A DNA stretch of 64,000 bases. It comes from Balanoglossus misakiensis. Lineage: Eukaryota; Animalia; Hemichordata. The DNA lies in NCBI GenBank assembly GCA_040954595.2, contig CM082582.2:8638425-8702424 (forward strand), read 5' to 3'. Position 1 is the stretch's first letter, and the number at the start of each line of letters is the position of its first letter. A model generated the notes under the pieces. It had not been told where the DNA came from. It saw nothing but the letters and a program-made list of their open reading frames with translations, and ran no database searches. The translations under genes were made by a program, and so were the position numbers. Of this stretch, positions 1 through 12,900 are shown piece by piece.

Positions 1-3000
1 ATACAAACTATTTGCACAGGGTACAGTAAAAATTTCTGAACGCTACACTACCGTATTATAGCTGCGGGCGGACCGTATAGAGAGGAGACCCGGTGCTTCA
101 ACCTCTTAATTGTGGTGTCACACCACCGTCACAGATGAGAGCACTACTGCACAGCGCCCTCTACGAGTGGCCATGAGGGTTCACACGCGCGATCCTCGAC
201 GCGCGCGACGAGCCGCGGCAGCTGGTTGCTGAAGGGCAGGTGTGTTGGAATGCGAGCTTCAGAACGTCGAAATTCCCGCGCCGACTCCCCCTCTCTCTCG
301 CAAATGCACCCTTTTTCTTTTTTAATGAAAACAGTATTCAGCAAACGATTGTGTATACGTACGCTCTACACAGCCGACATTCAGGGCACCACCTCCGGGT
401 GTTGGTATGTTGTATTTGCGCCATTCACGCGGATTTTAAATAACAAACTCGCTTTGTTGGCGCAACGACAGGTGCCCTACAAGAAATTGAAGCTATTCGA
501 CATCGCTCGGCGAACGGGGCAGCTGGCTAGACCTCTTATATAAAAGAACGACAACGAACTGCCAACAAGAATCTTTCCAGACAAAACAGCAGATGCGGGG
601 ATCCCATTTTCCTTCCGAAAAAATCACGCCGATTGTACTTTCACCGCGTCAGTTGTCCACTCTTTTTAAAAAAAAAACATGATCGATTTCAAAAGAAACG
701 TCCGATCTGAAAGAGTTCGAGACCCCCATCCAAAAAGAAAACGAAATGGTTCTGCACTTTTGAGAGACACAATGATTCTTCGGAAGTTGGAGATCTCCCT
801 CCGACGGAGGGTCAACACCCCGAAATCAAACATTAGCGGCTCACGCCACGAATAGAAACGGACACCGCACAGAAAAGAAATTGAAACTCTCCGCTTATCC
901 TGATCGCTGGACGTCTACGGATGTGCAGTTATGTATTTAATGAAAGGTTCTGGCCTTTTCAGCGAGCACGGAGCGCCCGAGGGGGGTAGCCTCGACTATA
1001 GTGTTAGCTCTAAACGGGAGGTAGCTAGCTGACGACTGCTTCTGGGAGTTTCACAATGAAGCCAGCACAATGGCCCATACAAAACCGTTGGTTTCAAGAC
1101 CCCTTTTCATGGGTGGGGACAAAAGCTGACCCTAACTGGCTACACAAGCAGAGGATTACGTGTGAATAGAGTTCCGTTAAATGCCGTGCGATGCAATGCT
1201 AGAATGACGCTCATCACTGGCTGTAAACACATCCTTTCGCATTTTTTTTTGTTTTTGTTTTAATAAAAATAATATTTTCTATTGTCTAAAATAGCCGATC
1301 ATGAGCAAGGTACTTTTGTTATATATACGATGACGGTTGCTAGGGCGTGTATGTTATTCGATAAGTAGACAAACAGCAGGTTTTAGGATTAGACTATTAA
1401 GTTGTCTGTAATGGAAGCGTTAAGAGTTTCGACTAACATCGAACGTAGGGATCTTGTGTGGAAGGGGAAGGAAAATAACCTGACACCCACAAAAGCCACG
1501 TTTATTAAGATCGTGTTGGTATAATCTGGGTGCTTTCGACGCCATGCAAACTAGCGCCACTGTTGTCCCGATCGCATTAAACGATGAATAGGGCACTAGA
1601 AATGGAGATTACGTCCGAAGACTGCTTTTAATACACGCCTCTCCCCCCCCCCCTGCCTCGCAACCCCCCTCCCTCGGCCCATGACGACCCGAGACACACG
1701 CGCGACTGGTCACGACACCTATACGTGCACCCCGCGCAGTTGAGTCTCAGACACAGGTGAGGCGTTAACCCAGTTGTGAACGGTGTAGATTCAATCAGTC
1801 TATCCCCGCAAGGTGACCACCACCACACACACACACTAATAACTTCGCGCCGTCCGAACTTCCACCTGCAGTGGTCCCTTGCTTGGCTGTCCCAGCTGTC
1901 TGTTAATTCACCCACCGACAAATGCCCTTTGTGGGTGGGTAAATAAAAGACGGGCGTCTTTTCTCCCCCAAGTAGCCACTCCAACAAAACAACGGCAGGT
2001 GCAGCTCCAATGCTATGCATAGGAATGCCGACCTTGTCTATATACTTGTTCAACTTAAAATGCTCACACAATGCGCACGTTACCCAAAAAACATGCATTG
2101 AAATGCGCTCGTTTCAAAGTGGGCTCCCTCAGCTGTCCACTAACGACGAAAACTTTGACTGAGAAACTTCGCAAATCGCCGTTCCCGTCCTCTGTTAATG
2201 TATCACGCCTTATATATTGGTTCCCTAAACTTCTATTTCGCGTGATTTTCTCCCTCTCTCTATCTGACTCTTGATTGAAAATTTACAAATGTTTAAACTG
2301 GTACCGTTTTGTACTCACTGACCTAACGGTCTCATTTTATGGCAGCGTGAACGTCTTGTATTCACGGTCAAATACGAAGATGTGGGTACGGCGGTCATAA
2401 TTGTCGCCCGACCAGTCGTTACCATAAAGATGGCGGCTTTTGAATACTAGTATATGCGGGCCAAATGATTTTGGAGCCGGTGGACGTACGTTTGTTAGGT
2501 GAAAAACTGAGATAAACTAACTTAAGATAAACCAATCAGATTGATTAACTGAGATTCTTGCTAATAAACTAATATAACCTAATAATTGAAAATAATGTGT
2601 ATATTTTCCAAGTGTTGTGTTGGTGTTTATGATTTTCTCCCTTCTGATTGCTTCCGGATGAAGCATAATCTTACTTATCCTTTATTTAATTCAGATTGCG
2701 GTAAACAGCACCAGTCGACGCAGTTTACGAAAACACTTTTTTTTCCTTCTAATTTTGGCCTTTTATTGGACGGAAGGTAGCGGTCACTCAAGCGGGTGTG
2801 AATTAGAATTACTGTTAAGTTTACTCCTCGCTGTGATTTGACAAAAGGTGTAAAAAGCATGCGTCTGAAGCCACCGTGGCTTAAACAATATAATTCGAAA
2901 GTTTTACAACTTCAAACAGTCTCGTTCACACGCTTCTAGAACGCCTCGGGTGCACATGGTATGTGTTTTAGTGTTTTAAAAGACAATTAATACCTTTCTT

Positions 3001-4754
3001 AGGGAACGCGCATAACAACGCCACTATTCGCGCGCCGCGAAATCTTGATCGCGTAAGACCAGAAGCGGACTCCGGAGCGGAATATCACGCACACGGGCTT
3101 ATGAACCGAAATCTACACACCACCGCGACAACGGAACGTGTGCTCTCTCGCCATTCTCGGCCACTGACTGCATACCTGCGACCACATCACGCAGGGCTCT
3201 TGGCGTTGTCAAAAGTCGCCGATCCCCGTGGTTGTTAGTCGGAACCTGCCGACGCATGCAGCGTTCCACACCAGTTAAACCCATTCACTAAACGCAGAAA
3301 AAAATGTGCGTTACACCCAACTGAATTTAGTTCACAAGTCCGACGCTATACTTTTTGACTCGTCTCTACCGAAAAGTTAAAATAAAGTGCAGCGGGAGCT
3401 TTCATTCTAAAAGAGATCCAGCAATCAATTTTAGGAGAATCGCACACAGGTCTCGCTTTTTGGCGGGAACAATACGGCGGGCGAAGTCTGCCTTCCGCCA
3501 CGGCCTTGAAATTAGGTATATGAATCAATCTAGAATTCCGATACTTTCAGCGGATTCGAGAAGCGGTCGCGACGGAGCATGCGCAGCGTTGTCGCCCGTG
3601 GCTCAATGGGAGATAAAACCCAAACCGCTCGCTTTCAATATAAAGAGTGCGGTTCGGCTAATGGTTTATGTATCGTCGCGTTCAACACAAGGTGCCTTCA
3701 GATGCAAAGTCGCCTTTTAATTACGCTTGTCACGTCTGCTTTGAACGCTGCATACTCGATCCCCGAAAAGAGGCGAGAACACCCTCTATCCGTAGCCCCC
3801 CTCCCAACACCCCAAATAAAATACTGCTATAGCGCTGCTTGATCTGAAAAAAAAAAGATTAAGGTCTGCGCCAGTTGACGAAGGAAGAAACAGAACTTAC
3901 GCTGTCGGGAAGAGGAAAGCAAGCGGTGATGGGCACCGGAAATGCATCCTGACAGCCGTGTCTATAGCAACAAAGATCACCAGCAAAATACCCTTTTAAG
4001 AGGACTAATGCACGGTAACATTGTGTACACATAAGAATTACCGGCTGCAGATTCTAAGCATTACGCGGACACGGGAGAGCCCTCTCGCCGAGCATTCTGA
4101 TGGCCTCTGGCGATTCCTCGCTGACTTCCATTCTCATTTGGCGGAGGTTTTTTTCTCTCTCTTTCCCAGTGTGAAGTCGCCGATAATGGAAGGCTCTCGG
4201 CGGATCCCGGAGTCTGAGTGTTGTTGGTCGGTGGTACTTTTTTTGTTTCACCTGTTTCCAGGTTGCACCTACTCCCGCGGTTTTTATAGCACCTGTCGAA
4301 GAGCTATTCAAGGTACCCCCTGAGTGTACAGTTAGGGTCACCGCTCGGTAACTACAACAACAATGCCGTTGCACCGTGGAGCCGCGCAGCTACACAGCTT
4401 TTTGTGTGTCTCATAGATAGAGCTCCGGCAAACCGCGGCGCTAAAACTTGTTTATCCCCGCCAACATTAAACACTGGAATAAAAAAAAACGGCCTCAGCT
4501 CAATGCAAGGGTCAGACTTTTCACTGAGCGCGTCTAAATCGCTTCCCCCTTTTATATATATACCTTTTTTGTCTCGCAGTACCTTTCAACGTACCCGAGT
4601 GGAAGTGGAAATGATCATTATCTGCAGTATCACAATGCACCTGTATCACAAAACCCGTCATTGGCTCGTCGAGCAGTGCCTAATCCCCGTCTGTAACAAC
4701 TGTTTTGGTTGGCCGGCGCCACGGCCAAACGAGCTCGCGATAGGCTGCCGCCCA

Positions 4755-4800
4755 CGTGCTCATTTAAATGCACCTGACACGATGTACGTGATTTCACAGT
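4755..4800 (+). promoter_or_regulatory. Candidate snail core promoter (TATA-like TTTAAA, E-box, Inr-like TCACAGT)
   Basis: CATTTAAATG at 4761-4770, CACCTG at 4771-4776 and an Inr-like TTTCACAGT ~30 nt downstream of the TATA-like box, ~180 nt upstream of the SNAG ATG. Motif-level evidence only. Confidence 0.4.
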
Positions 4801-4977
4801 GCACGACATTGGTATGTGTTGTCATGCAAGAAACAACCTCTCTGGTGAGCACTCCGACGACGCAGTGACAGCTCCGCGATCAAACGCCACGGTCCTCTGC
4901 ACCTCGAACCCCGGAATACATACTATTACACGCGTGTGTTTTTTATTTCTTTCTTGCGTCGAAAACTCGAAGTCAAC

Positions 4978-6667
4978 ATGCCACGTTCGTTCTTGATTAA
5001 GAAACACAACAACCACGGGCACCGCAAACAGACAGGAATTCTCCGCACAGGTTGGTAAACGTTATACGGGAGCGTCTCCTTTGATTTTTAATGAGAGTTT
5101 CATAAGTGCAGTGTGTGTACACTTTACGGGAATGGGTTTACGGCTAGCAACCACTCCATCGGTCTGACATTCGCCCACTCCAACGTAATAGCACACCATT
5201 CCTCCGTAGAGTGTCGTCGGGGGTAATGTTTTTCTTTTTTAAGGGCCAGAGTGCATTTTAACTTGCCGGGGAAGAAATCGAAGTGGGGTTTGACACACGG
5301 GGGCACACAATAGAATATAGCGGCCAGGCGATCGCTTGTCCCGCTATAGTCTAATAGTTGTGATCGGGGGTCTTTTATATGACTCGCCCACATCATCACA
5401 ATAAGACAACAAGCGGCCTTACCTTGTCTGTCAAGGCGGCGGGCACTCTGGCACAGGTGGTGTTTGTTATCACGCACCAGATTTTTTACAACGCACATTG
5501 CTGGCTCGCTTCTTTATTTATGCACGGCACAGCATTTCGCGCTCAATCATGGGCGATCCCCGACCGAATCGCCTATATGAGAGTTGTACCCTAATACATC
5601 AAGGCAAATTTCACAGATCGGTGAATCGGGCCATTTGCCCAGTCACTGCACAATCAGCGTCGACAGAGAAGGTGAACACAGCGTAAAGTCAATACAGAGG
5701 CAATGGCAGTGTCATTAGCATTAGAATTTCAAAATAGACCAAAGAAACAATTATTTCAAGCAAGCCTTGAAAATAATAATGAAAAAGCACCACTCGTCGG
5801 CTCGACATTGATTGGGCTCTCAAGTGAACTGATTTCCTGACGTGAGTGAACTGATACGTTTTCTTTTATTTGGATGTAAAAAAAATCTCTTTTCATTTTC
5901 CCCACTTTGCAGTTTTCAAAGCGTACTACGATGTAACGCCTCCCGTCATTGTCAAGCCCGAGCCGGTGCACATCAGCCCGCACGAATCGACGTACTGGAG
6001 ATGGTCGGAGAATATTCCCGTGGCTCCGATAGTGCCGCCGAGCCGCCGGGACAACTTGGACCTGAAGCTGCACGACATGACTCCGCCCCCGATGCCCAGC
6101 CTCCCCATCATGATCCCCGGGATGACCCTGGAGAACAGCCACATGTCTCCCCCTCCCCCCATCTCGCCGACGCCGCCCGTCGGCTCGCCGTCGGAGAAGT
6201 TCGGCAGGAAGCGGCTGGGCAACGGCGAGCAGCCGCGCTACCAGTGCACGGAGTGCAGCAAGAGCTACTCCACGTTCAGCGGGCTGACCAAACACAAACA
6301 GTTCCACTGTGTGACGCAGACCAAGAAGTCGTTCAGTTGCAAGTACTGCGAGAAGGAGTACCTGTCCCTGGGCGCGCTCAAGATGCACATACGCACGCAC
6401 ACGCTGCCGTGCAAGTGTAAGATCTGCGGCAAGGCCTTCTCCAGACCGTGGCTGCTGCAGGGACACATCCGCACCCACACCGGCGAAAAACCCTTCGCCT
6501 GCACGTACTGCAACCGGGCGTTCGCCGACCGCTCCAACCTGAGAGCACATCTGCAGACCCACTCGGACGTGAAGAAATACTGTTGCAAGAACTGCTCGAA
6601 GACATTCTCCCGCATGTCCCTGCTAACAAAACACGAGGAAGCGGGGTGTTGCTCAAATGTATTATAA
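4978..6667 (+). CDS. snail: Snail-family C2H2 zinc-finger transcriptional repressor (Snail/Slug-like), 2 coding exons, ~275 aa
   Basis: Exon 1 4978-5050 encodes [24 protein letters not shown] (SNAG domain MPRSFL.KK), donor CAG|GTTGGT in phase 1. Exon 2 5913-6667 follows the acceptor ttttccccactttgcAG and joins in frame (73+755=828 nt). It has a Pro/Ser-rich region and five C2H2-type fingers with Snail signatures ([78 protein letters not shown]). Confidence 0.96.
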
Positions 6668-6965
6668 AATCTGGGACGTTCCCCCCTCTCACAGTACTCT
6701 CAGCGAAAAAAGAGACCCCGTTAAGTTTCCTGCCAGAGACATTTTCTTAAAGAATACATTAGACATTTTACTGCCAAAAGCGGAGAACACACAAGATAAT
6801 TGGCAAGCGGTTGAACCGTCGTCACTTGTGCGATGCCAAACAAATCGACTAGCTAACATAGACGTACAAAATTGCGCGGCATATCAATTGGCTATTTTGC
6901 TCAGGACTCCAGTTGACTCAAACCTCCCTACGATACTGCAGGGTATTCGAAAATCAATTTAAGAC

Positions 6966-6971
6966 AATAAA
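6966..6971 (+). terminator. Candidate polyadenylation signal for snail
   Basis: First AATAAA ~300 nt after the stop codon; an alternative lies near 7814. Confidence 0.3.
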
Positions 6972-9900
6972 TAGGGGAATTGGAATCGAAGCGAGACTTG
7001 TTCGTCCTGATAATGTAGTTAAACGGCAAGCCTATCAGATCTAAGATCAACATTAGAACAATTAATATACATTGCCGGAAAATTGATTTCGCCATGTATT
7101 CGAAATTTACATAGGTTCCAATCAAAGCGTCGCCGTGGGGCGGAATCTAAAACAAAAATGACGTATTTTACGTGGATGATAGTTACTTTGACACGTGATT
7201 TGAAAATTAGGGTAGATGTAACTTAATCCGACCCAGGATATGCTCTCTAATGTAATCTTTTTGTTCCCGAAAACACCAAGTTCAGGATGAATCACTGACT
7301 ACGTATAAACCACCCGCACCTGCTAATTACGTTAATTAGCCCGTGGTGGTTATTAATCTTAATGCCTGATTGGGCGATGATCGGGAACGAGATGCTAGTA
7401 TTAAAGCATAAGACACAACGCTCCTGTCTAAGCAAAGCTGTGAGACTTAACGATGGCGGTTGTATGTAATACAAGATAAAGCAATAATCTTATGAGTACA
7501 GGGAGGACGCGTCTAGGATGCCAAATTTTGAAGTTTTGAGGACAAAAGATGATATTTTTGTTTTCTTTTCAAGAGAGTGTATTTGTAAGAAACGACACGC
7601 ATTCGCAGGAGACCGTTTTTCTTTTCTCTTTGTTATTTTGGCGAGTGTTCGAACCCTGAATCGCAAAGTTCAGAGGTTGACGAATCATTCGGGAAGCGCT
7701 GCTCCCAGTGGTTTCCTCACAACTGTTTTCCTCCCATATTTCTTTCCCTGGTGGGGTCCGCAACAAAAGAGCGACCCCAAGTTGTTGTAGAATACAGAGT
7801 ATTTTGTGATTTTAATAAATTATTTGTCACCAGAAAATCACTTCCTGTGTTATTTTTTACGCTCCATGACATCTCGATTTGTCACGGTATTTCCAACGTC
7901 AGCCCCGCCGTGAAGGCTTTGTGACTCATGAAAAAATATTTTTTGATAAGACGTCAACCGGCCCTGCCAATCTTGCGCGAGGAAATGACACTGTCGTCTC
8001 TAGAACAATTGTACACAGAATTAAAAGGAATCGAATGAGAAAACTGCGGGAAAATCTAGTTTACTTTTCGCTCTCAAGAAAGCCCTGTTGATTTCAATTT
8101 CCTCGCCTTGTTGTGTGGATTTCAGATTGGGAACCCCGACAAATATCATTGAGTACGCTGCGACGGGGTTAAGACGTTTATTAGACCACCTAGAGACTTC
8201 GGAAAATAGAACCGAGTCAGTGGTGACGGATGAGAACAGAGCTTGAAAAGATGTCAACGCGTGGAAGATGACGCTTTGGCGCACGGGGGGTGCGCGTCTC
8301 ATGATGGCTTTGTGATCATGATGCTATAGCTTACGTGTCATCGACTTTAAAATCTGCTATTTTTGTACCACACGCGCGGCTAGCACACGTAGCTTCGTCA
8401 CTTGAAATAATGAAGTTCAGAGCCAAACACGTAAATGACGCGGTCCGTGATAATTAATCACCGCACGCGAACCCCCCCCCCCCGTGCGTGTCAGAAAGGC
8501 CACCGCATCTTGTCTGCGTCGGGCCAGTTAAGTAAACAAGCAAATATGTGTTTACACTTTGTTTTGACAGGTATGATCAAACGGAAACAACGCGCCCGGT
8601 GGATAAGCATACAGTTCCGGGGACACTCAGCAGGGGTTATGGCAACAACCTCGACAACTCATTAACAAGTTCAAGTTTCAGACAGCCCCCCGACGGCGAT
8701 GCGCTGACTGACTGCGTGGCGGACACACCGCCAATAGGCGTGGAAATCCTCGGGTCAGAATACCCTATTCACTGTTTGCTCGCTCTCGGAGTCAGCGAGA
8801 GTGCGAGAGAGAGAGAGAGAGTAAGTGCGCGCGCTCTGCGCCCCCGCTAATCCCCATACATTTGCCGGGAGTTTCTGTGTCGACGATGGAAAGACTTAGC
8901 TCAAAGAACCAATGCCTCTATGGGGGATTGATCCAGATTTGTTCGGCACAATTAATGTGAATGTAAAAAATCAGTTTATATTTGAGTCGCTTCCATTTTT
9001 TCCACCTGACACCCACGATTCGGGTATTACCACCTTACAATCAACTCTTTTGTGATATTCATCTGCTGACTGTAATCCCTGATATTATCGGCTAACAATT
9101 CCGACGGAGAGGACGATTACACCGCTGAATTCGTGCATTAGATATCGCCAGAAATCCCAGCGAGACTCGCTTTCACCGACCAACTCCCTTGGTTTACCTG
9201 CTTAACTATTGAAGCAGCTGCCCGCTCACAACAACTTAGGAAAATCCTCCCCGTTCAATTAGGACCACTCTCCGGTTGTCAAAATAAGCTATTGCGAGTA
9301 TCAGGCGATAAAGTATTAAGGTTTTAATCGACTTTTGAGATGCGACGCTCTAGTGTTTTCTCACTGTATACCTGAGTGTGCGTGTGTGTGTATAAGTGTG
9401 TGAGTGAAAGCATTTTCCTCGAGACTTTGAGCTTCTTCATCAGGGTAAAGGGGTATATATCGAAAACGGCGCATTGTGCTGCTCCAAAAGAGCTTAAAAT
9501 TCGGACGATAGTATATGGCGTTATCGTTCAACACCCGACTCGTCAATCAGCTTTTGGAATGAAATCTAGGTTAGCACGATCTTACAAAAAAAATCCGTCG
9601 TAAGTGTCCACTCTGCATATTGTATTTCAGGGACTCGGGGGTCGAGGCGCGGTTGGATCTCAGGTCGACTCGTGGCAGATAAAGAACGCGATTGCGTTTC
9701 AAATAACGCGAGGATGATTCGATATGTGTCTATTTCACACAAAAAAAGTCGCCCCGACGACTACCTGCGCAAATCTCAATCAGATCGCGATAGCAAATCG
9801 ATTAATTGGGCCGAGTACCCATACCCAAACTTTAGTGATTAGCTGCCATGGCAACCAATTAGCGTCCGGTTCTGTTTTTTGGATTGCTGCCAGGTAGACG

Positions 9901-12900
9901 TGCCAAAGACAGTGCATGCCATACGGGTGATCCGTGGAAATGTTGATATATATGGTGGATATTAAAAAAGGACAGAGGCCCTCATGTACACGCAGCGGTG
10001 ACCAAGCGAAACCTGTTACAGCCTCTCAATGCTCAGGTGACATTTTCGTGTACTCTCGACGACCGGTGACCGGTACAGCGAGACAGGGATCTGATTGCTC
10101 GGGTAACAGGTAGCCCACCATTGTGTTTTCTTTGACGGTGCTTATTATTGACGAAATCCAACTGTCAGGTATTTTTGAAATAAAAGGGGTGTGGAACGGG
10201 GACCAGTGTGCGCGCACACAAAAACAAGTTTTTGAGGCGACGATTTCAATGACCGGGGGTTACTATGGCTCTGTGAGAGTGGAAAGGAAGGCATTCTGTA
10301 CACAGACCAACAAACAACAATGTCCCGTAACGTCTTACAGGGCGAGTGAATTCTGATGTGAACGGACACACGGACTCTTAAAAAAACACATAAGCACCTG
10401 TTGCGGGGGAGTTGTCGATAGTTCATCTGACCTCTGTGATCAACAACACCACTGAACTCGCAGAAGAAGAAAAAGTCGTTTGGTTTTTAATGTGGCCGTA
10501 TCTCGCTGGTGTTTGTGAGAATCCTGTAGACGTGGACTCTGAAGAAATGAAAAAAAAAGACCCTAAAGCCTGTTGACGCACGCTAACGGTAAATTCTTGA
10601 ATGCTGTGACGGCAGATTAAACACGCGGAGAGCCTCCCCTTTGTCTTGGCAATTGAACACAAAATGGGTCCATCAAACCAAGGTCAGATATTGTCCGAAA
10701 TCCGCAAGCGTATACTGTCTCCCAAGGGGGCGACAGACACAAGGAAGGAGCGTTGCACACACCGCATGATGACCATTGGTTATTGACGTCCCTGTGCTTG
10801 TGTATGTGCGCGGTTTATGCATTCATTCGTCAGCATCCTGTCCTAAGAGCGCGGTGTGGTTGAAATCAGGTAAGCGGTCAAACTCTATGACGCAAGTGGT
10901 CTGACATAAACAAGATTTGCGTACATGGTACGGTGCCTAAGAGGGCACAAACAAGGGAGAGATAGAGAGAGGTGTTATTTAGAGGACAGCTACTCTGCAG
11001 ATTAACCTGGCAAATTTCACGAACAAAACAACCATGCTCGAAAAACCGCACCGGCATTTCAACGGTGTAACCGCTATTCCTTGGTGGCAATGGAAATGAG
11101 TTCAACGCTTCGCATGCTCAGTTCATTCATCCGTGTAGACAACAAGCAGCGGAACGTGGGAGAGGTCGGCGGGATAATGCCATCTTTATTGGACGGGACT
11201 GCGAGCACAAAGTTGACCGTAACCCCACGAGGATGGCAATTTAGCGAGTGCATTGTGCGGAGGAGACTTGGAAACTTTTGAAAATGTCTCCAACTCCGAC
11301 AGGTGGCCCCACACGCACCGCTCTTTCTTTGAGAGGGGGGAAAGGAGCAGAGTGAAAGGAGAGGCGTGAGTTGAACACAAGAATTGAGACAATGCCGGCA
11401 CACAGGTGCTGAGACGAACGATCAATACCTCTCCGAGCCAGAAAAAAAGGGCGCGAAACCTCGGATGCCAACACACGCATCCCAGAATCAACGATGACCG
11501 GTGTTGTTCCTTCACATCGCAGGCGTTGCCCCCAAGGTGACACGTCAACACCGCCGTCTGAGAGCGTTATTCTGGCAATAAAATAAAAAAAAGTGTAAAA
11601 CACATAATGCTCGTCACGGGAAGTGTTTCTATAAGTATACGCGCACTTGTATGCGACGAGTGTCGCGTTCTCCACGGCCGTTTCCCTTTTATGTCTTGAC
11701 CGATAGGTTGATTCAAACGAGTAATTAAAGAAAGGGTATTTTGAATGAAGTATTTGAACTACTTTTCACAGAAACGCGCCGATGAAATTGAAATAAAAAT
11801 GAGAATCGTGGATGGTCTGATGACATAATCGCGCAAGACACAAAATTGTAAAGAAAGACGAAAAAGGAAAGTGACCACATTTCGTTGGATAACTGTGGCG
11901 TCTGAAACAAACGATCGAATATGGCAATGTTGCGAGAAGTCGTAAGCCGAAAGATGTCGCCGTTGCCTTTACGCGGGAAAAGTTATCGTGCCATAAAATG
12001 CCCTTATCTCAACAAGGCAGTTAAATTCATGATTTTGACACTCAAATTAAAATTTAAGAGGGTGTTAGCGCAATTTCGTAGCCTCAAATGTAACCCGTCT
12101 TTTTAAAAAAACGTGGCGAGTGACGGTATTTTTTATCGGGCGAAATCGCAATACATGCAGAAGGTGTTAGAGTGTATTCAGAGTCAGCCGTTGACCCCCT
12201 GACAACATTATGCGACCGCATTGTCAGGTTGGCGCTCTTTTGTGATCGTCTGGAAGAATTTTTTGGCGCAGGCTGCCACTGCAGCTGGTCCTGCATGGCA
12301 TTGTGCAGTAGCATTTAGCGGCGGCAGCAGATCATTTGTGCCGTGTGCCACATGACGATAGCCTCAACACCTGCCCCTATTCGGAACCTTGTTAGTTTTG
12401 TGCTCGCTGTTATAACAGTCAATTCGCGCTTCTTTTCTCCCCGGCTGGTTTTCAATGTAATGCAATTTTAGGGTAATTTCTCCCCATTTCCCTCGTCCCC
12501 TATACACGCTGCATCTAACGGCGCTCCAGTCGCACGCGCCGAATAGCGGTGCGTTCTTGCATGCTAAATGTCATAAAAAATGGAGACCTATTTATTTCGC
12601 AATCATTGCACTAACTGACAAGTGTATTGCAAGGGGGTTTTCAGCATGGATGGCTAACGAAGCATCACTCGGTAATTTTGCTTTCAGTCAGCCATTTATT
12701 TTGACATATGATGAGCGAAACATGGCGCCTTGGCAACCGCGAGAGAGCTCTCGCACATGCGCGCGCAGATCAGAACCCAGTCGGCAACTGTTCGAGTTTT
12801 TCAGTTACATAGTCGCATATACCCGCGAATTTGAATTTTGTTACCCCTCGGCGTCGTGTTTTGAAGACGCGAAATGCAGGTGAAAGGCATCATAGTGCTT

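Noticed and set aside
2428-2451. YY1-type AAGATGGCGGC as a possible gene start
   Set aside because: The frame closes after 6 codons (MAAFEY*) and similar motifs occur repeatedly in the window without linked exons.
5870-5912. ORF-track N-terminus [14 protein letters not shown] for Snail
   Set aside because: TTG start lies in the intron polypyrimidine tract; the real start is the SNAG exon at 4978.
5756-6562. 268-aa antisense ORF and other ORFs overlapping snail exon 2
   Set aside because: Shadow frames of a GC3-rich zinc-finger exon.
6853-6882. Antisense MPRNFVRLC resembling a second SNAG start
   Set aside because: Stops after 9 codons, has no donor and no associated zinc fingers; no second snail paralog was found in the window.
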